In this document: piece by piece, positions 59,763-64,000 of the stretch
Numbering within the stretch: the stretch's first letter is position 1
Layout of the letters: every line of letters begins with the position of its first letter
DNA from: Desulfatiglandales bacterium
GTDB taxonomy: Bacteria > Desulfobacterota > DSM-4660 > Desulfatiglandales > HGW-15
Direction of reading: 5' to 3'
Length of the DNA: 64,000 nt
Assembly (NCBI GenBank): GCA_963667015.2
Contig: CAXXJJ010000004.1
Span: 2,400,001 to 2,464,000 of the forward strand
Position numbers and translations under genes: made by a program
Notes under the pieces: model-generated
Databases searched by the model: none
What the model was told of the DNA's origin: nothing
Seen by the model: the letters and a program-made list of their open reading frames with translations, nothing else

Positions 59763-60944
59763 TTATAAACCGGCACATCTACTTATAGTACTAAACCAAC
59801 TTTTCCAGCTTAATACATTACCGGCAGACCTTTCATAGTTTTTTGAGCCACCATATACAAGAAACCTGTTTTCTTCGGGAATATTACTGATCTTTCCAAA
59901 AAAGTTTAAACCCTTGAAAAAATCCTGATTTATCGTTTCTCCTGATTTTATTTCTATTACATTTAGTTTATCACCATCCTCCAGTAATAAGTCAACCTCA
60001 TGTCCTGTATTATCTCTCCAGAAAAATGCGTTTGATGAAAAGCCCTGATGGTAACGCATTTTAATATACTCAGAGATTATGAATGATTCAAATATACTGC
60101 CGCGTAAATAATGTGTTCCCAATTGCTCCGAATCTTTAATATCAAGTATAGAGCACAACAGTCCTGTGTCGTAAAAATATAATTTTGGCTGTTTTACAAT
60201 ACGTTTGTTAAAATTTTTATGATATGGCCTCAATAGAAAAACTATAAAACTTGCCTCAAGAATTGCTATCCACTCTCCGACAGTCTTGTAATTAATACTA
60301 AGCTCATTTCCAAGTCCCGATAAATTAAGAAGCTGTCCTGTTCTTCCGGCACATAATTTAACAAACCTCCGGAAGGTACTCAGGTTTCCAATATTTTTTA
60401 TACTTCGTACATCACGCTCAATATAGGTCTGAATATAGGAAGGATAATAATCCTGTGGTGATATTTCTCTGTCATAAATAGCAGGATAAGCTCCGGTAAA
60501 TAACACTTCATCGAGGTCTCTTCCGGCAGCTTTCGCCTTTAATACTTCAGGATATTCAAATGGCAATAAGTGCAGAACCGCCACTCTGCCTGCCAGTGAT
60601 TGAGTAATTTTTTCAAGAAGCAGAAAATTTTGAGATCCTGTAAGAATAAATTTCCCCATTTGTTTAGACTCATCAACAATTCCCTGCAGATAGGAAAACA
60701 CCTCGGGAAGTTTCTGGGCCTCATCAATAATTACACCCTTTGATTGGAAAGATTTTAAAAACCGGAGAGGATCTTCCTGCACATAACTCAAATCATTTAA
60801 ATTTTCCAGATTAATATATTCATATTTGGGGAACAGGCTGCGTACAAGCGTTGTTTTGCCGGATTGCCGGGGACCTGTTAATGTTACCACTGGAAAAACA
60901 TCAGCCATGGATAGTAATTTTTTTCCAAGAGTTCTTTTTATCAT
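59763..60944 (-). CDS. AAA_14 ATP-binding protein with DUF4143 and C-terminal PD-(D/E)xK-like motif
   Basis: GPRQSGKTT, IIDEAQ, ILTGS, SLAGR, PKLYFYDTGL, EVDLL...IEIKS. Confidence 0.9.
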   Translation of the reverse strand: MIKRTLGKKLLSMADVFPVVTLTGPRQSGKTTLVRSLFPKYEYINLENLNDLSYVQEDPLRFLKSFQSKGVIIDEAQKLPEVFSYLQGIVDESKQMGKFILTGSQNFLLLEKITQSLAGRVAVLHLLPFEYPEVLKAKAAGRDLDEVLFTGAYPAIYDREISPQDYYPSYIQTYIERDVRSIKNIGNLSTFRRFVKLCAGRTGQLLNLSGLGNELSINYKTVGEWIAILEASFIVFLLRPYHKNFNKRIVKQPKLYFYDTGLLCSILDIKDSEQLGTHYLRGSIFESFIISEYIKMRYHQGFSSNAFFWRDNTGHEVDLLLEDGDKLNVIEIKSGETINQDFFKGLNFFGKISNIPEENRFLVYGGSKNYERSAGNVLSWKSWFSTISRCAGL

Positions 60945-60975
60945 CTTGTTTTAGACCTTCACTAAATGGATTCAC

Positions 60976-61032
60976 AACAATATATTTTTACAAATTAGGA
61001 TTGTCAATCCTATTTTGTAAAAATATATTGTT
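60976..61032 (-). promoter_or_regulatory. 57-bp palindrome containing the sigma70 promoter of the AAA_14/DUF4143 gene
   Basis: 28-bp arms with 1 mismatch around T61004. On the minus strand, TTGACA (61007-61002) - 17 nt - TATATT (60984-60979). Confidence 0.75.
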
Positions 61033-61065
61033 TGTATTAAATAAAAAAGGGATTACCTCAAAAAA

Positions 61066-61131
61066 GTAACCCCTTGACTCTACTGTGTAAATTCAATTAG
61101 TTACAGTGTATTTGGTAGTCCCAACGGGACT
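61066..61131 (-). pseudogene. tRNA-Glu-like 3' end plus decayed terminator
   Basis: Minus strand AGTCCCGTTGGGACTACCA...AGTAGAGTCAAGGGGTTAC; homologous to 59287-59352 in inverted orientation. Confidence 0.6.
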
Positions 61132-61291
61132 AATATATTAAATAGAACGAATGGTTTTAAAGGACTTATGAGATTTCTTCGAAATGCATATCTCTCTATG
61201 GCCGAACCAGGGAACGTACTAACTAAAGATGATTTTCTATCGATCTTTAATAAAATAAATCTAAAGGATAATTTTTTTACTACAGATAATA

Positions 61292-62408
61292 TTAACCCGG
61301 CAATTAAATAGGAGACTATCAAGCAGCATAAGCAATCTTAGGGTGTTTAAAATATTTTTTAACACGTCCAGGTAGTTTTTGAAGCTTTCTCAAATGAGAA
61401 ATAGCTTTTTGCTTGAGTTCTTTTTTTGTTCTGGCTGGAATACCAGAATGTACACCGACCTTTAGGTCGCAGTTTAGGTATTCATCAGGATTTAATTCCG
61501 GTGAATATGATGGAAGAAAGAACAACTCAATTTTGTCTTCATGTTCTTTCAGCCAGTCTTTGACAATATAGCTATGATGGACTTTCAAATTATCTACAAT
61601 CAAAAAGATTTTTTTATCAGCATCTTTGATCAATCGTTCCATGAATTTGATCATCGTTTGGGAATTCATCTTGTTTTTATAAACCATAAAACGAACTTTA
61701 CCTTGATTGGTGACAGAGGAAATCAGGTTGACGCGCTGGCACCTGGGATGAAGCCTAATCGCCGGTGTTTCACCACGAGGAGCGTAACTTCTTCCATGGT
61801 AACTGTCGTTACACAATCCAGTCTCATCCCCCCAATGAATTTCCGCGGTCTCTTTTTTTGCACGTTTGGAAATATCCGAGTATTCTGTCTCCAACCAAGC
61901 TTTGACTGCTTTTGGATTTTGTTTATAGGCTTTCTTCAGTGGTTTTTGTGGAGTAAAATTCCATCTGTTCAGATACTCGCCAACAGTTCTGATCGGCATA
62001 TCTATATTCCACAATTGTTTGATGAGTTGCTGTACGGCAATGCGTGTCCACAAAGCAAATGGTAATTTCATTTGGTCAGGGCATTTGTCTTGTATAGCTT
62101 TTTGCAATTCTTTTTCCTGATCAGGTGTCAACGTGCGGCAACTGCCCTTTGGACGGCCACGCTTTTTAATTTTAAGGGCTTTATTACCTTCTTTTTGATA
62201 AAGAGCCCACCATGTACTGCAAATGGATCGGCTCACTCCTGTAATGGCACTAATCTCATTATGCGTTCGTCCCTGTTTTCGGAGTCGAATGACTTGATTA
62301 CGAATTTGTTGTTGGGCATCAGTGCTGAGTTTCCTTGCGTCTATTTTTTCCATGATCGTGTTATAACAAAATACGATCCATTTGTTAAGTATTTTGTTGC
62401 CGGGTTAA
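61292..62408 (-). mobile_element. IS630-family insertion sequence with TA target duplication
   Basis: IR TTAACCCGGCAA at both ends, flanked by TA at 61290-91 and 62409-10. The exact ends are slightly ambiguous because the target is palindromic. Confidence 0.9.
61319..62353 (-). CDS. IS630-family transposase
   Basis: HTH, WGDETG, IVDNLKVH, LPSYSPELNPDE. Confidence 0.95.
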   Translation of the reverse strand: MEKIDARKLSTDAQQQIRNQVIRLRKQGRTHNEISAITGVSRSICSTWWALYQKEGNKALKIKKRGRPKGSCRTLTPDQEKELQKAIQDKCPDQMKLPFALWTRIAVQQLIKQLWNIDMPIRTVGEYLNRWNFTPQKPLKKAYKQNPKAVKAWLETEYSDISKRAKKETAEIHWGDETGLCNDSYHGRSYAPRGETPAIRLHPRCQRVNLISSVTNQGKVRFMVYKNKMNSQTMIKFMERLIKDADKKIFLIVDNLKVHHSYIVKDWLKEHEDKIELFFLPSYSPELNPDEYLNCDLKVGVHSGIPARTKKELKQKAISHLRKLQKLPGRVKKYFKHPKIAYAA

Positions 62409-62940
62409 TATTAAACCTGGTTCAAGTGGTGAATCCTTAATTCATGGTAAATTTCTCGAGTTATCTGGTTTAAGTGATGATTAAAAGATTATTATAATAT
62501 GAATTTTACTACTATTAATTCAATTTTTACATACCTCCCATCCATAGGAAATCGTTTCAACCTAAACAGCCAATTATCATAAAGGAATAAGCCTGCTAAA
62601 AGTATGAAAATGAATAAAGACGGTATTTATATTGTTCTTTTTGACATTAACATGGCTGAAAGATTGTTTCTGACATTTACAGGAGATGGACGTCTTAATA
62701 ACACTTTGCCTGGTAGAAAAGGCACACAATATTCTTTTTGTTTTTCTTTAAACATTTTAAAGATTATTTTTGATTTCTAATTGAGGTATAGGATCAAATA
62801 TATTTGTTGTTAATTTATGAATATTAATATATCTACATAATATCAGTAAAATATTGTTATTGCAGGACAATATAACATAGTTGCTTTTAGCATTTTGATA
62901 TGATCCTATTTTTTGTCACGCTCTAAAGGGAAATTTTTGG

Positions 62941-63666
62941 ATGAATACATCTAAAGAAAAAAGATTTGAAAAACTCAGTGAAGATTTTTATCACGTTAAG
63001 TGCGCCTATCCTGATTTTAGTATATTTCAGGGTAAAATTGGTGAAGTTGTAAGAAATTATATTCCTGAAAAATCAGCTGGGAATATCGCAATTGTTGATA
63101 TCGGTTGTGGTTATGGTGCAACAGCAGAAGTTATTTTAAAGTCCAGAAATGATATTAGATTATCTGCAATTGATAATGAATATCAAATGGTCGAAGGTGC
63201 AAAGAGATATTTAGCAAAATGGGATGATACGCCAAAGCTAAAAATAATTGAGGATGATGCCTTGGACTTCTTAAGAAAACTGGAGAATGAAAGTATAGAT
63301 ATTGTAGCATCTGTATTAACTTTACATAATTTTAAAAAATCCTATAGAGATACTCTTCTAATTGAAATTGAGCGAGTATTAAAAAAAAAGGGGATTTTTG
63401 TAAATGCTGATAAGTACGCGCTTGATGACCCTGAAGAACATAACAAATCACTGCATTCGGAATTAGAAAGGTTTTTTGATACATTTTCCCAGTTAAAAAA
63501 ATATGAAGTTTTAAGAGAGTGGGTATTACATCATATAGAAGATCAGTCTCCTATTAGAGTTATGAGCGAGAGGGTATCAATTGAACAACTCAGGGGATTA
63601 AGATTTAAAAATGTAGATATTATATACCGGAATATCATGATAGCTGTTCTCGTTGCACAAAAATAA
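62941..63666 (+). CDS. class I SAM-dependent methyltransferase (low GC)
   Basis: VDIGCGYG, IDN, LTLHN, LKKKGIFVNAD. Confidence 0.85.
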   Translation: MNTSKEKRFEKLSEDFYHVKCAYPDFSIFQGKIGEVVRNYIPEKSAGNIAIVDIGCGYGATAEVILKSRNDIRLSAIDNEYQMVEGAKRYLAKWDDTPKLKIIEDDALDFLRKLENESIDIVASVLTLHNFKKSYRDTLLIEIERVLKKKGIFVNADKYALDDPEEHNKSLHSELERFFDTFSQLKKYEVLREWVLHHIEDQSPIRVMSERVSIEQLRGLRFKNVDIIYRNIMIAVLVAQK

Positions 63667-64000
63667 TTTTGATTTAAAATGATTTTTTGTTATCATTGAT
63701 ATCAAATCTGATACCTATGGTAGCATAAAATGAATTATTGGTAACTTCCCTATTTCCTTAAAGAACAAGTTGAAAATAATATATTGTGTGTAATTAATTG
63801 ATATATCAACTCATTTTATATAATCTCATTTATGCCTGACAAAAAATCTAAGACTAGGATAGATGGCATATATTTTGCTCTAATTAAAATGTTAACATAA
63901 ATCTGACTTTAATTATTTGGGGGATCAAAATGAAAAACCATATGGTTATTTTAAAAAACAAGTTATTTCTTATTTGTTTAGTAATAATTTTTTCGTTATC

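Larger units (their letters stand above)
61132..62484 (+). pseudogene. 3' remnant of a gene (DGQHR/DndB-like C-terminus, tentative) interrupted by IS630
   Basis: Removing the IS and one TA restores NILNRTNGFKGLMRFLRNAYLSMAEPG...TDNIKPGSSGESLIHGKFLELSGLSDD*. Confidence 0.5.

Noticed and set aside
59597..61131. Permuted or split functional tRNA-Glu (3' end upstream of the 5' part on the minus strand)
   Set aside because: The anticodon loop is degenerate, the T-loop is incomplete, the acceptor strands mismatch, and a protein gene lies between the pieces. Recombination scars are a simpler explanation.
62788..62909. 9-bp inverted repeat ATAGGATCA/TGATCCTAT as a MITE
   Set aside because: Too short in very AT-rich DNA, with no target duplication.
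1..64000. CRISPR array, cas genes, rRNA, prophage or integron integrase
   Set aside because: I saw no regularly spaced direct repeats and no matching ORFs.

Overview
This window looks like chromosomal DNA from an anaerobic deltaproteobacterium (Desulfobacterota-like), inferred from the gene order, the short EF-Ts and the Hdr/MvhD content. 1-3.6 kb: an OprM-type efflux channel gene running off the left edge, a PepSY-MipA fusion and an intact ISL3 element. 3.9-30.1 kb: conserved housekeeping genes (rlpA, ihfA, coaD, rsmD, tsaB, rseP, dxr, cdsA, uppS, frr, pyrH, tsf, rpsB, dGTPase, recO, serA, ispE, tRNA-Gln, prs, rplY, pth, hppA, carD, rluD, rho, rpmE, prfA, prmC). 30.3-34.3 kb: an hdrA-hdrA-mvhD operon. 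Its mvhD is absent from the ORF track because it has an in-frame UGA (probable selenocysteine) followed by a SECIS-like hairpin. 34.4-41.8 kb: a CDF transporter, a frameshifted methyltransferase, a MoxR-type AAA+ / TIKI-TraB-like / zinc-finger operon and lon. 42-64 kb: a mosaic accessory region. It holds an amber-interrupted peptidoglycan-binding protein, hypothetical proteins, zf-TFIIB-lemA-htpX, a truncated purO-like gene, a degenerate attC cassette run with no integrase, a 1006-aa PHP-like membrane protein and a decaying copper cluster (intact copA; cusA, DUF302 and YHS remnants). It also holds five tRNA fragments around an AAA_14/DUF4143 ATPase gene whose promoter lies in a 57-bp palindrome, an IS630 inserted into a gene remnant, and a SAM methyltransferase. 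All family assignments come from motifs recognised by eye; no database searches were run.
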